NCBI RefSeq assembly: GCF_006345805.1
Contig: NC_042997.1
Location: forward strand, 207,266,001-207,330,000
Direction of reading: 5' to 3'
DNA from: Octopus sinensis
Lineage: Eukaryota
Length of the DNA: 64,000 nt
In this document: one piece after another, positions 38,640 through 52,900 of the stretch
Position numbering within the stretch: position 1 is the first letter of the stretch
Layout: every line of letters begins with the position of its first letter
Program-made: the position numbers and the translations under genes
The notes under the pieces: model-generated
What the model was told of the DNA's origin: nothing
The model's input: only the letters and a program-made list of their open reading frames with translations
The model's database searches: none

Positions 38640-38760
38640 ACTGCCAGATCTGACTGGCCTGGTGCAGCCTTCGGGCTTGCCAGACCCAAGTTGAACCGTC
38701 CAACCCATGCTAGCATGGAAAGCGGACGTTAAACGATGATGATGATGATGATGATGTTGA
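38640..38760 (+). mobile_element. RTE-tail fragment with (GAT)n
   Basis: AACCGTCCAACCCATGCTAGCATGGAAAGCGGACGTTAAACGATGATG. Confidence 0.75.
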
Positions 38761-38796
38761 TGTATATTTATATATATATATATATGTATATTTATA

Positions 38797-38869
<73 letters not shown>

Positions 38870-38892
38870 TTATATTATGTATATATATATTT

Positions 38893-39517
38893 ATATTCTC
38901 TTCTCCACTTTTGCCCGACCCCACCTTGAATACTGCTGTCTACTGTGGTCTCCCTACACAAAACAAAATATTATGAGAATTGAAGCTCCCCAAAGGTCAA
39001 TCACAAAAAAGATAGATGGCATGTCAGACCTTGACTACTGGGGTAGACTAGAGAAGCTGAAATTGTATTCACTCCAACGACGCCGTGAACGCTACATTAT
39101 CTGTATATGTGGAAAATATTCCATCAGCACTGTCCGAATGATGTTGGCATCACCTTCAAATGCATCCAAGGCTTGGACCACGTGCCATCCGTCCACAACA
39201 AAAATCTAAATCACATCACATAACGACAATACGGCACAACTATTTCACCTCAATTGGACCCGCTCTCTTCAACATTACACCAGGACACGTCAAAAAAGAA
39301 ACTGACCACACAAAATTCAAGAAGTCTTTGGACAAATTCCTTCAACAGTACCGGACAAACCACCCACACCCGGATATGTCTCCGCAAACAATAACTCTCT
39401 GCTCGAATGGGCCTTGTGCCCAAATCCTGAACTGAAAGACTTCGCCAGGTGGTGCTATTAAGTTAGACATGGCCTGGGCCAATACTGGCCAAAAACCTTT
39501 CTAAGTTATTCTAAGTT
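38893..39517 (+). mobile_element. CR1-group LINE 3' fragment, diverged subfamily, (TCTAAGTTAT)n tail
   Basis: LFSTFARPHLEYCCLLWSPY...LKLYSLQRRRERY; 3'UTR homologous to 37140-37249. Confidence 0.85.
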
Positions 39518-39566
39518 ATGTATATATATATATATTTATATATATATATATGTATATATATATATT

Positions 39567-39597
<31 letters not shown>

Positions 39598-39654
39598 GTA
39601 TATATATATATATTTATATATATAAATATATGTATATATATATATATATATATT

Positions 39655-39702
<48 letters not shown>

Positions 39703-39704
<2 letters not shown>

Positions 39705-42700
39705 CTTTGATACTTTGATACTTTGATAGGTTTCGGCCATTATTGGCCCAGGCCATGTCTAACTTAATAGCACCACCTGGTGAAGTCTTTCAAGTCAGAA
39801 TTTGGGCACTATGGCCCACTCAAGTAGAGAGTTATTGTTTACAGAGACATATCCGGGTGTAGGGGGTTTATCCGGGATTTCTTGAAGGAATCTGTCCAAA
39901 GACTTCTTGAACCCTATAGGGTCAGTTTCTGTTTTATGTGTTTTGGTGTAATGTTAAAGAGAGCGGAGCCAATTGAGGTGAAATAATTGTGCCGTATTGT
40001 TGTTATGAGATGAGAGTGCGATTTTTGTTTTGGGCGGATGGCACGGGGCCCAAGCCTTGGATGTACCTTAAAGGTGATGCCAACATCATTTGGGCAATGC
40101 TGATGGAATATTTTCCACATCATGCAGATGATGTAGCGCTCACGACGACGTTGGAGAGAATAGAGTTTTAGCTTTTCTAGTCGACCCCAATAGTCGAGGC
40201 CTGTCATGCCATCTATCTTTTTTGTGATTGCCCTTTGAGGTGCTTCAACTTTTATGATACCTTGTATTGTGTGGGGAGACCACAGTGGACAACAGTATTC
40301 AAGGTGGGGTCGGGCAAAAGTGGAGAAGAGAAGGATAATGGTGTGGATATCTCTCGACTGGAAAGTTCTGAGAATCCAGGAACACATTCTGCGGGCCATG
40401 TCAACTTTGGTGTTTATATGAGTGGCCCAGCTTATGTTGTTGTCCACAATTACTCCCAAGTCTCTGATGTTGTTGGACGCCGCGAGAGTTTCACCTGAAG
40501 GAAGGGAGTATGGGAGTTTCAGGGCATCCTCTTTTCCAAAGTGGATTAGCTCAAATTTATCCTCGTTCAGCAGCATATTGTTTTTTTCTGCCCATTGGAT
40601 AACAGCCAGTAGATCTGACTGAAGGCATGTCCGGTCACTCGCCTCATTTATGACCTTCTGTAGCTTGGAGTCATCTGCAAAGATTTTATGTTGCTGTGCT
40701 TGATATGTCATTAATGTCATTAATGTAAATGATGAAAAGAAGTGGGCCCAGCACAGTGCCTTGCGGAACGCCACTACTGACTTTGGCTGGGCTTGATTTT
40801 ACCCCTTCAACTACAACATGTTGAGATCTGTCTGTCAGGAAACACTTGATCCATTTCAGTAACTTTCCAGAGACACCAATGTTGGATAGTTTTTTCAATA
40901 GGATCTTGTGATCGACCCTGTCGAAGGCCTTACTGAAATCAAGGTAGATGACATCGGTGTTGGAGCCCTCTCCCAAAGCTCTCAAAATGTCCTCAAAGTG
41001 ATGCAGGAGCTGCGTTAGGCAGTCCCTTCCATTACGGAACCCATGTTGGTTGGAGATCAGCCGTCTGTTGCTTTCCAGAAATTGGGTTATTCGAGATCTC
41101 ACCACCCTCTCAAATACCTTGATGATATGAGAGGTGAGTGAGATCGGACGGTAATTCACTGCAAGGGACTTGTTTCCCTTTTTGAAAACTGGGACAACAG
41201 ACTGGGACAGAAGGTTTTTTGGAATATAGCCAGCATCCAGTGAGTTTCTCCACAGATTAGCAAGGGGAGATGCAAGTTGGTGTCGACACACCTTCAGGAC
41301 ACAAGCAGGGAACCTATCGGGGCCTACTGCTGAATTGTGTTTTATTTCGTTTATCGCCGCTAAGACATCAGGGGCACTAAACGTTATGTCCGATATAGTG
41401 TGTTGGGGGTTGACATCACTGATACAGCCCAGATCGGCCATATCAGGATTGCTGAAAACAGAGCAGTATTGTTTCTGCAGTATCTCGGCCATGGATTTGG
41501 CATTATCTTGGAGAGTGCCAGTTTCGTCAATTAGAGGGCCTACAGTGGAGACAGTGACCCTGCGTTTCCTCGCAAATGAAAAGAACACTTTGGGGTTGAG
41601 TTTGATTTTTTCAATGGCCCACTTCTCCTCAGCTGATCTTTGGTTATTGATGAGGGTCTTCATGCATTGTTGGAGGTTATATTTTTTGGATTCAAGCAGT
41701 GCGATAGCCGTCGAATGTGTGTGTTGCTGTTGGCAGTACTTTAGTTTGTTAATTTTTTTGTTTGTTCTTTTTATTTTTCTGATAATGGTTTTTCTGTTTT
41801 GGGGGATTCTGCACTTTTTGTTCACAGGTCTTGGTGGGGAGTGTTTTGCACATATGTCTGTGACGGTGTCTACAAAGATCTGCCAAGATGTTTTATGGTT
41901 GGTGGAGATGTGTGTATGTGTAAAGGACCAGTCAACATTTGATAGCTCGTTCCTGATTGCATCCCAGTTGGCATTATGGAGATCCATGTTGTCAAATGGG
42001 TGGGCTGGAGGAAGGTCACTAGGATTAGCTTTCGGCTGGTGGAATTTCATGTTACAGAGAACCATGTCATGGTCTGAAAGAAGGGTTTTTTCCACTGTAA
42101 CGTTATGTATAGTGTTAGTGTGGTTACTAAACACTAGGTCCAAAATGTTCTGATGTCTTGTTGGTGCAAGGACAAGTTGGGACAAGAAAAACTCATTCGT
42201 AAAGTCGAAAAGTGACTCTGCTGCTTCTTTGTCAGCGGTTGAGGCGGGAGTGCTTGGTTTCAAACAGTTTGTAGTCCAGTCAACACAGGGTAGATTGAAG
42301 TCTCCCATCATGAGTATGTTGCTAGAATGGCACTGTTGAATAAAGCACTTAATGCTGTTGAGGCATTCTTTAAAGCACAGTATGGGTGTTTGGGGCGGCC
42401 TATAGAGCCCAATTACTGTCAGGTCATTGGCTTTGTTGTGCACGGTGACTGATTCACAGTAGCCGTTGGAGAATATACTATTTCCATCTGCCGTAAATGA
42501 ATCATGCAGGAAAATGGCAGTTCCACCCTTCCTCCTGCCGATACGATCCGCGCGGATGGTTGTGAAATTCTTCACTCTCACTTCGGCTTCCAAGTGGGAG
42601 TTGTCAAGGTGGGTCTCAGTGAGAATGAAGAAAGGGATGTGGTGTGAATGGTTACAACCCAGTCTTCAATGAATTGGACCTTCCATTTTTGTGCATTGAT

Positions 42701-43728
42701 GGAAGGGCTGACACCTTGTGCATTGAGTAGGAATGTGGAGGTTAGTGTAGTGGCTGGTTTTGACTGTTGCAGGGGGCTTGGATTTTTTGTGTGTGTTAGT
42801 GGCAGCAATGTGGGGAATTGGTGCACTGGGGTAATAGCATAGGATGGTGTTGAGTGATGGCTAGAATGTTTTTGTGTATCTCTTTTGCCATGTTCAACAT
42901 GGCTAAAAAAGAATTTTCCTGCTTAGGGAGCAGTTTTTGGCTGGAGGTGTGGTTGCACTGTTGGATAGGGTTGTAGTTTCCACTTTTGTTGTTGTTTTTG
43001 TGTCTTCCTGAAAAGACTGGACCAGCATTACTGCAGCATGGTGTGTTTCTATTTTTATTTTTATTCAGGTTTGTGTGTTGGCTTGAAGCCCCATTTCTGT
43101 TTGTGTGTCGGGTCCCTGGAAGATGAGTGAAGGGACAGTCACTCAGTAGACATGTTCTCTCACGTTGGGATACCAGCAGATTTTGGGACTCGAGTTGTGT
43201 GTGTTTTGAATTTCGATTTACTATTTGGTGGTGTTGATGTTATTGTGGGATGCGTGCTTTGGCCTTGGCCGGTAGTGCGTCTAGTGCCGGGTAGATGCGT
43301 GAAGATGCAGTCACTATTTGTGCAGAGTCTCTGGCGCAGTGAATAGCGGCATATTGGGGATTTCTTGTTTGTGCCGTGGGGGGCGCATTCTGCTTCCTAT
43401 GTTTCTTTAAGTTTTTGTTACTGCAGTAGTATTGAGGTGGTGATGTGGGGGAAGAGGGCAGTGGTTTCTTATGGTTTTTTCTGTTGGTATTTTGGTGATA
43501 GAAGACGATGTGGCAGCGGTGGTGATGATGATGATGATAATTGTGGTGTTGCCGTGAGAGCGGTGAAAAGATACTGGCATTTAGTGAATCATCTAGTAAG
43601 CTAGAGTTGAGGAGTGGCTGTTGTTGTTCTTGTTGCTGTGGCTGTTGTTGTTGTTGTTGTGCTGACCGATGTTAGGTCAGCCATTGTGCTGGGAACCAGG
43701 AGTGGCTCATTCTGTTGTTGTTGTTGTT
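39703..43728 (-). mobile_element. CR1-group LINE, near full length: degraded ORF1 with a CCCH finger, ORF2 APE-RT in three frames
   Basis: ORFs 42578..42826 (FLLNAQG), 40686..42593 (635 aa; MGDFNLP, RT motifs) and 39914..40774; CRYSLRQRLCTNSDCIFTHLPGTRR at about 43275-43350; both ends in (TA)n. Confidence 0.92.
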
Positions 43729-43836
43729 ATATATATATATATATTTATATATATAGATATAAGATATATATTTATGAAAAACAAGTCAAAATAGAAAATG
43801 CAATAAATTTTTATAAAGAACATTTCAGTACGTTCG

Positions 43837-43936
43837 NNNNNNNNNNNNNNNNNNNNNNNNNNNNNNNNNNNNNNNNNNNNNNNNNNNNNNNNNNNNNNNN
43901 NNNNNNNNNNNNNNNNNNNNNNNNNNNNNNNNNNNN
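43837..43936. other. Assembly gap (100 N)
   Basis: Run of N; hides the left end of the satellite. Confidence 1.
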
Positions 43937-46900
43937 GATGTTTATGGTCAATAAAATAAGTACCAGTTGAGCACTGGGGTTTGATGAATTGACTTTGCCA
44001 CTCTCCTGAAATTGCTGGCCTTGTGCCAAAATCTGAAACCAAATTCCAGTGATGTTTATGGTCAATAAAATAAGTACCAGTTGAGCACTGGGGTTGATGT
44101 AATTGACTTTGCCACTCTCCTGAAATTGCTGGCCTTGTGCCAAAATCTGAAACCAAAATTCCAGTGATGTTTTATGGTCAATAAAATAAGTACCAGTTGA
44201 GCACTGGGGTTGATGTAATTGACTTTGCCACTCTCCTGAAATTGCTGGCCTTGTGCCAAAATTGAAACCAAAATTCCAGTGATGTTTATGGTCAATAAAA
44301 TAAGTACCAGTTGAGCACTGGGGTTGATGTAATGACTTGCCATTGACCTGAAATTGCTGGCCTTGTGCCAAAATCTGAAACCAATTCCAGTGATGTTTAT
44401 GGTCAATAAAATAAGTACCAGTTGAGCACTGGGGTTGATGTAATTGACTTTGCCACTCTCCTGAAATTGCTGGCCTTGTGCCAAAATCTGAAACCAAATT
44501 CCAGTGATGTTTATGGTCAATAAAATAAGTACCAGTTGAGCACTGGGGTTGATGTAATTGACTTTGCCACTCTCCTGAAATTGCTGGCCTTGTGCAAAAT
44601 CTGAAACCAAAATTCCAGTGATGTTTATGGTCAATAAAATAAGTACCAGTTGAGCACTGGGGTTGATGTAATTGACTTTGCCACTCTCCTGAAATTGCTG
44701 GCCTTGTGCCAAAATCTGAAACCAAAATTCCAGTGATGTTTTATGGTCAATAAAATAAGTACCAGTTGAGCACTGGGGTTGATGTAATTGACTTTGCCAC
44801 TCTCCTGAAATTGCTGGCCTTGTGCCAAAATCTGAAACCAAAATTCCAGTGATGTTTATGGTCAATAAAATAAGTACCAGTTGAGCACTGGGGTTGATGT
44901 AATTGACTTTGCCACTCTCCCTGAAATTGCTGGCCTTGTGCCAAAATCTGAAACCAAAATTCCAGTGATGTTTATGGTCAATAAAATAAGTACCAGTTGA
45001 GCACTGGGGTTGATGTAATTGACTTTGCCACTCTCCTGAAATTGCTGGCCTTGTGCCAAAATTTGAAACCAAAATTCCAGTGATGTTTATGGTCAATAAA
45101 TAAGTACCAGTTGAGCACTGGGGTTGATGTAATTGACTTAGCCACTCTCCTGAAATTGCTGGCCTTGTGCCAAAATCTGAAAACCAAAATTCCAGTGATG
45201 TTTATGGTCAATAAAATAAGTACCAGTTGAGCACTGGGGTTGATGTAATTGACTTTGCCACTCTCCTGAAATTGCTGGCCTTGTGCCAAAATCTGAAACC
45301 AAAATTCCAGTGATGTTTATGGTCAATAAATAAGTACCAGTTGAGCACTGGGGTGATGTAATTGACTTTGCCACTCTCCTGAAATTGCTGGCCTTGTGCC
45401 AAAATCTGAAACCAAAATTCCAGTGATGTTTATGGTCAATAAAATAAGTACCAGTTGAGCACTGGGGTTGATGTAATTGACTTAGCCACTCTCCTGAAAT
45501 TGCTGGCCTTGTGCCAAAATTTGAAACCAAAATTCCAGTGATGTTTATGGTCAATAAAATAAGTACCAGTTGAGCACTGGGTTGATGTAATTGACTTTGC
45601 CACTCTCCTGAAATTGCTGGCCTTGTGCCAAAATTTGAAACCAAATTCCAGTGATGTTTATGGTCAATAAAATAAGTACCAGTTGAGCACTGGGGTTGAT
45701 GTAATTGACTTTGCCACTCCTGAAATTGCTGGCCTTGTGCCAAAATCTGAAACCAAAATTCCAGTGATGTTTATGGTCAATAAAATAAGTACCAGTTGAG
45801 CACTGGGTTGATGTAATTGACTTTGCCACTCTCCTGAAATTGCTGGCCTTGTGCCAAAATCTGAAACCAAAATTCCAGTGATGTTTATGGTCAATAAAAT
45901 AAGTACCAGTTGAGCACTGGGGTTGATGTAATTGACTTTGCCACTCTCCTGAAATTGCTGGCCTTGTGCCAAAATCTGAAACCAAAATTCCAGTGATGTT
46001 TATGGTCAATAAAATAAGTACCAGTTGAGCACTGGGGTTGATGTAATTGACTTTGCCACTCTCCTGAAATTGCTGGCCTTGTGCCAAAATCTGAAACCAA
46101 AATTCCAGTGATGTTTATGGTCAATAAAATAAGTACCAGTTGAGCACTGGGGTTGATGTAATTGACTTTGCCACTCTCCTGAAATTGCTGGCCTTGTGCC
46201 AAATCTGAAACCAAAATTCCAGTGATGTTTATGGTCAATAAAATAAGTACCAGTTGAGCACTGGGGTTGATGTAATTGACTTTGCCACTCTCCTGAAATT
46301 GCTGGCCTTGTGCCAAAATCTGAAACCAAAATTCCAGTGATGTTTATGGTCAATAAAATAAGTACCAGTTGAGCACTGGGGTTGATGTAATTGACTTTGC
46401 CACTCTCCTGAAATTGCTGGCCTTGTGCCAAAATCTGAAACCAAAATTCCAGTGATGTTTATGGTCAATAAAATAAGTACCAGTTGAGCACTGGGGTTGA
46501 TGTAATTGACTTTGCCACTCTCCTGAAATTGCTGGCCTTGTGCCAAAATCTGAAACCAAAATTCCAGTGATGTTTATGGTCAATAAAATAAGTACCAGTT
46601 GAGCACTGGGGTTGATGTAATTGACTTTGCCACTCTCCTGAAATTGCTGGCCTTGTGCCAAAATCTGAAACCAAAATTCCAGTGATGTTTATGGTCAATA
46701 AAATAAGTACCAGTTGAGCACTGGGGTTGATGTAATTGACTTTGCCACTCTCCTGAAATTGCTGGCCTTGTGCCAAAATCTGAAACCAAAATTCCAGTGA
46801 TGTTTATGGTCAATAAAATAAGTACCAGTTGAGCACTGGGGTTGATGTAATTGACTTTGCCACTCTCCTGAAATTGCTGGCCTTGTGCCAAAATCTGAAA

Positions 46901-49900
46901 CCAAAATTCCAGTGATGTTTATGGTCAATAAAATAAGTACCAGTTGAGCACTGGGGTTGATGTAATTGACTTTGCCACTCTCCTGAAATTGCTGGCCTTG
47001 TGCCAAAATCTGAAACCAAAATTCCAGTGATGTTTATGGTCAATAAAATAAGTACCAGTTGAGCACTGGGGTTGATGTAATTGACTTTGCCACTCTCCTG
47101 AAATTGCTGGCCTTGTGCCAAAATCTGAAACCAAAATTCCAGTGATGTTTATGGTCAATAAAATAAGTACCAGTTGAGCACTGGGGTTGATGTAATTGAC
47201 TTTGCCACTCTCCTGAAATTGCTGGCCTTGTGCCAAAATCTGAAACCAAAATTCCAGTGATGTTTATGGTCAATAAAATAAGTACCAGTTGAGCACTGGG
47301 GTTGATGTAATTGACTTTGCCACTCTCCTGAAATTGCTGGCCTTGTGCCAAAATCTGAAACCAAAATTCCAGTGATGTTTATGGTCAATAAAATAAGTAC
47401 CAGTTGAGCACTGGGGTTGATGTAATTGACTTTGCCACTCTCCTGAAATTGCTGGCCTTGTGCCAAAATCTGAAACCAAAATTCCAGTGATGTTTATGGT
47501 CAATAAAATAAGTACCAGTTGAGCACTGGGGTTGATGTAATTGACTTTGCCACTCTCCTGAAATTGCTGGCCTTGTGCCAAAATCTGAAACCAAAATTCC
47601 AGTGATGTTTATGGTCAATAAAATAAGTACCAGTTGAGCACTGGGGTTGATGTAATTGACTTTGCCACTCTCCTGAAATTGCTGGCCTTGTGCCAAAATC
47701 TGAAACCAAAATTCCAGTGATGTTTATGGTCAATAAAATAAGTACCAGTTGAGCACTGGGGTTGATGTAATTGACTTTGCCACTCTCCTGAAATTGCTGG
47801 CCTTGTGCCAAAATCTGAAACCAAAATTCCAGTGATGTTTATGGTCAATAAAATAAGTACCAGTTGAGCACTGGGGTTGATGTAATTGACTTTGCCACTC
47901 TCCTGAAATTGCTGGCCTTGTGCCAAAATCTGAAACCAAAATTCCAGTGATGTTTATGGTCAATAAAATAAGTACCAGTTGAGCACTGGGGTTGATGTAA
48001 TTGACTTTGCCACTCTCCTGAAATTGCTGGCCTTGTGCCAAAATTGAAACCAAAATTCCAGTGATGTTTATGGTCAATAAAATAAGTACCAGTTGAGCAC
48101 TGGGGTTGATGTAATTGACTTAGCCACTCTCCTGAAATTGCTGGCCTTGTGCCAAAATCTGAAACCAAAATTCCAGTGATGTTTATGGTCAATAAAATAA
48201 GTACCAGTTGAGCACTGGGGTTGATGTAATTGACTTTGCCACTCTCCTGAAATTGCTGGCCTTGTGCCAAAATCTGAAACCAAAATTCCAGTGATGTTTA
48301 TGGTCAATAAAATAAGTACCAGTTGAGCACTGGGGTTGATGTAATTGACTTTGCCACTCTCCTGAAATTGCTGGCCTTGTGCCAAAATCTGAAACCAAAA
48401 TTCCAGTGATGTTTATGGTCAATAAAATAAGTACCAGTTGAGCACTGGGGTTGATGTAATTGACTTTGCCACTCTCCTGAAATTGCTGGCCTTGTGCCAA
48501 AATCTGAAACCAAAATTCCAGTGATGTTTATGGTCAATAAAATAAGTACCAGTTGAGCACTGGGGTTGATGTAATTGACTTTGCCACTCTCCTGAAATTG
48601 CTGGCCTTGTGCCAAAATCTGAAACCAAAATTCCAGTGATGTTTATGGTCAATAAAATAAGTACCAGTTGAGCACTGGGGTTGATGTAATTGACTTTGCC
48701 ACTCTCCTGAAATTGCTGGCCTTGTGCCAAAATCTGAAACCAAAATTCCAGTGATGTTTATGGTCAATAAAATAAGTACCAGTTGAGCACTGGGGTTGAT
48801 GTAATTGACTTTGCCACTCTCCTGAAATTGCTGGCCTTGTGCCAAAATCTGAAACCAAAATTCCAGTGATGTTTATGGTCAATAAAATAAGTACCAGTTG
48901 AGCACTGGGGTTGATGTAATTGACTTTGCCACTCTCCTGAAATTGCTGGCCTTGTGCCAAAATCTGAAACCAAAATTCCAGTGATGTTTATGGTCAATAA
49001 AATAAGTACCAGTTGAGCACTGGGGTTGATGTAATTGACTTTGCCACTCTCCTGAAATTGCTGGCCTTGTGCCAAAATCTGAAACCAAAATTCCAGTGAT
49101 GTTTATGGTCAATAAAATAAGTACCAGTTGAGCACTGGGGTTGATGTAATTGACTTTGCCACTCTCCTGAAATTGCTGGCCTTGTGCCAAAATCTGAAAC
49201 CAAAATTCCAGTGATGTTTATGGTCAATAAAATAAGTACCAGTTGAGCACTGGGGTTGATGTAATTGACTTTGCCACTCTCCTGAAATTGCTGGCCTTGT
49301 GCCAAAATCTGAAACCAAAATTCCAGTGATGTTTATGGTCAATAAAATAAGTACCAGTTGAGCACTGGGGTTGATGTAATTGACTTTGCCACTCTCCTGA
49401 AATTGCTGGCCTTGTGCCAAAATCTGAAACCAAAATTCCAGTGATGTTTATGGTCAATAAAATAAGTACCAGTTGAGCACTGGGGTTGATGTAATTGACT
49501 TTGCCACTCTCCTGAAATTGCTGGCCTTGTGCCAAAATTGAAACCAAAATTCCAGTGATGTTTATGGTCAATAAAATAAGTACCAGTTGAGCACTGGGGT
49601 TGATGTAATTGACTTTGCCACTCTCCTGAAATTGCTGGCCTTGTGCCAAAATCTGAAACCAAATTCCAGTGATGTTTATGGTCAATAAAATAAGTACCAG
49701 TTGAGCACTGGGGTTGATGTAATTGACTTTGCCACTCTCCTGAAATTGCTGGCCTTGTGCCAAAATTGAAACCAAAATTCCAGTGATGTTTATGGTCAAT
49801 AAAATAAGTACCAGTTGAGCACTGGGGTTGATGTAATTGACTTTGCCACTCTCCTGAAATTGCTGGCCTTGTGCCAAAATCTGAAACCAAAATTCCAGTG

Positions 49901-52900
49901 ATGTTTATGGTCAATAAAATAAGTACCAGTTGAGCACTGGGGTTGATGTAATTGACTTTGCCACTCTCCTGAAATTGCTGGCCTTGTGCCAAAATCTGAA
50001 ACCAAAATTCCAGTGATGTTTATGGTCAATAAAATAAGTACCAGTTGAGCACTGGGGTTGATGTAATTGACTTTGCCACTCTCCTGAAATTGCTGGCCTT
50101 GTGCCAAAATTTGAAACCAAAATTCCAGTGATGTTTATGGTCAATAAAATAAGTACCAGTTGAGCACTGGGGTTGATGTAATTGACTTTGCCACTCTCCT
50201 GAAATTGCTGGCCTTGTGCCAAAATTGAAACCAAAATTCCAGTGATGTTTATGGTCAATAAAATAAGTACCAGTTGAGCACTGGGGTTGATGTAATTGAC
50301 TTTGCCACTCTCCTGAAATTGCTGGCCTTGTGCCAAAATTGAAACCAAAATTCCAGTGATGTTTATGGTCAATAAAATAAGTACCAGTTGAGCACTGGGG
50401 TTGATGTAATTGACTTAGCCACTCTCCTGAAATTGCTGGCCTTGTGCCAAAATTGAAACCAAAATTCCAGTGATGTTTATGGTCAATAAAATAAGTACCA
50501 GTTGAGCACTGGGGTTGATGTAATTGACTTTGCCACTCTCCTGAAATTGCTGGCCTTGTGCCAAAATTGAAACCAAAATTCCAGTGATGTTTATGGTCAA
50601 TAAAATAAGTACCAGTTGAGCACTGGGGTTGATGTAATTGACTTTGCCACTCTCCTGAAATTGCTGGCCTTGTGCCAAAATCTGAAACCAAAATTCCAGT
50701 GATGTTTATGGTCAATAAAATAAGTACCAGTTGAGCACTGGGGTTGATGTAATTGACTTTGCCACTCTCCTGAAATTGCTGGCCTTGTGCCAAAATTGAA
50801 ACCAAAATTCCAGTGATGTTTATGGTCAATAAAATAAGTACCAGTTGAGCACTGGGGTTGATGTAATTGACTTTGCCACTCTCCTGAAATTGCTGGCCTT
50901 GTGCCAAAATCTGAAACCAAAATTCCAGTGATGTTTATGGTCAATAAAATAAGTACCAGTTGAGCACTGGGGTTGATGTAATTGACTTTGCCACTCTCCT
51001 GAAATTGCTGGCCTTGTGCCAAAATCTGAAACCAAAATTCCAGTGATGTTTATGGTCAATAAAATAAGTACCAGTTGAGCACTGGGGTTGATGTAATTGA
51101 CTTTGCCACTCTCCTGAAATTGCTGGCCTTGTGCCAAAATTGAAACCAAAATTCCAGTGATGTTTATGGTCAATAAAATAAGTACCAGTTGAGCACTGGG
51201 GTTGATGTAATTGACTTTGCCACTCTCCTGAAATTGCTGGCCTTGTGCCAAAATCTGAAACCAAAATTCCAGTGATGTTTATGGTCAATAAAATAAGTAC
51301 CAGTTGAGCACTGGGGTTGATGTAATTGACTTTGCCACTCTCCTGAAATTGCTGGCCTTGTGCCAAAATCTGAAACCAAAATTCCAGTGATGTTTATGGT
51401 CAATAAAATAAGTACCAGTTGAGCACTGGGGTTGATGTAATTGACTTTGCCACTCTCCTGAAATTGCTGGCCTTGTGCCAAAATCTGAAACCAAAATTCC
51501 AGTGATGTTTATGGTCAATAAAATAAGTACCAGTTGAGCACTGGGGTTGATGTAATTGACTTTGCCACTCTCCTGAAATTGCTGGCCTTGTGCCAAAATC
51601 TGAAACCAAAATTCCAGTGATGTTTATGGTCAATAAAATAAGTACCAGTTGAGCACTGGGGTTGATGTAATTGACTTTGCCACTCTCCTGAAATTGCTGG
51701 CCTTGTGCCAAAATCTGAAACCAAAATTCCAGTGATGTTTATGGTCAATAAAATAAGTACCAGTTGAGCACTGGGGTTGATGTAATTGACTTTGCCACTC
51801 TCCTGAAATTGCTGGCCTTGTGCCAAAATCTGAAACCAAAATTCCAGTGATGTTTATGGTCAATAAAATAAGTACCAGTTGAGCACTGGGGTTGATGTAA
51901 TTGACTTTGCCACTCTCCTGAAATTGCTGGCCTTGTGCCAAAATCTGAAACCAAAATTCCAGTGATGTTTATGGTCAATAAAATAAGTACCAGTTGAGCA
52001 CTGGGGTTGATGTAATTGACTTTGCCACTCTCCTGAAATTGCTGGCCTTGTGCCAAAATCTGAAACCAAAATTCCAGTGATGTTTATGGTCAATAAAATA
52101 AGTACCAGTTGAGCACTGGGGTTGATGTAATTGACTTTGCCACTCTCCTGAAATTGCTGGCCTTGTGCCAAAATCTGAAACCAAAATTCCAGTGATGTTT
52201 ATGGTCAATAAAATAAGTACCAGTTGAGCACTGGGGTTGATGTAATTGACTTTGCCACTCTCCTGAAATTGCTGGCCTTGTGCCAAAATCTGAAACCAAA
52301 ATTCCAGTGATGTTTATGGTCAATAAAATAAGTACCAGTTGAGCACTGGGGTTGATGTAATTGACTTTGCCACTCTCCTGAAATTGCTGGCCTTGTGCCA
52401 AAATCTGAAACCAAAATTCCAGTGATGTTTATGGTCAATAAAATAAGTACCAGTTGAGCACTGGGGTTGATGTAATTGACTTTGCCACTCTCCTGAAATT
52501 GCTGGCCTTGTGCCAAAATCTGAAACCAAAATTCCAGTGATGTTTATGGTCAATAAAATAAGTACCAGTTGAGCACTGGGGTTGATGTAATTGACTTTGC
52601 CACTCTCCTGAAATTGCTGGCCTTGTGCCAAAATTGAAACCAAAATTCCAGTGATGTTTATGGTCAATAAAATAAGTACCAGTTGAGCACTGGGGTTGAT
52701 GTAATTGACTTTGCCACTCTCCTGAAATTGCTGGCCTTGTGCCAAAATCTGAAACCAAAATTCCAGTGATGTTTATGGTCAATAAAATAAGTACCAGTTG
52801 AGCACTGGGGTTGATGTAATTGACTTTGCCACTCTCCTGAAATTGCTGGCCTTGTGCCAAAATCTGAAACCAAAATTCCAGTGATGTTTATGGTCAATAA

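Noticed and set aside
32995-39756. Tyr/Ile/Met/Cys/Val-rich ORFs
   Set aside because: Translations of (TA)n and (TATG)n microsatellites.
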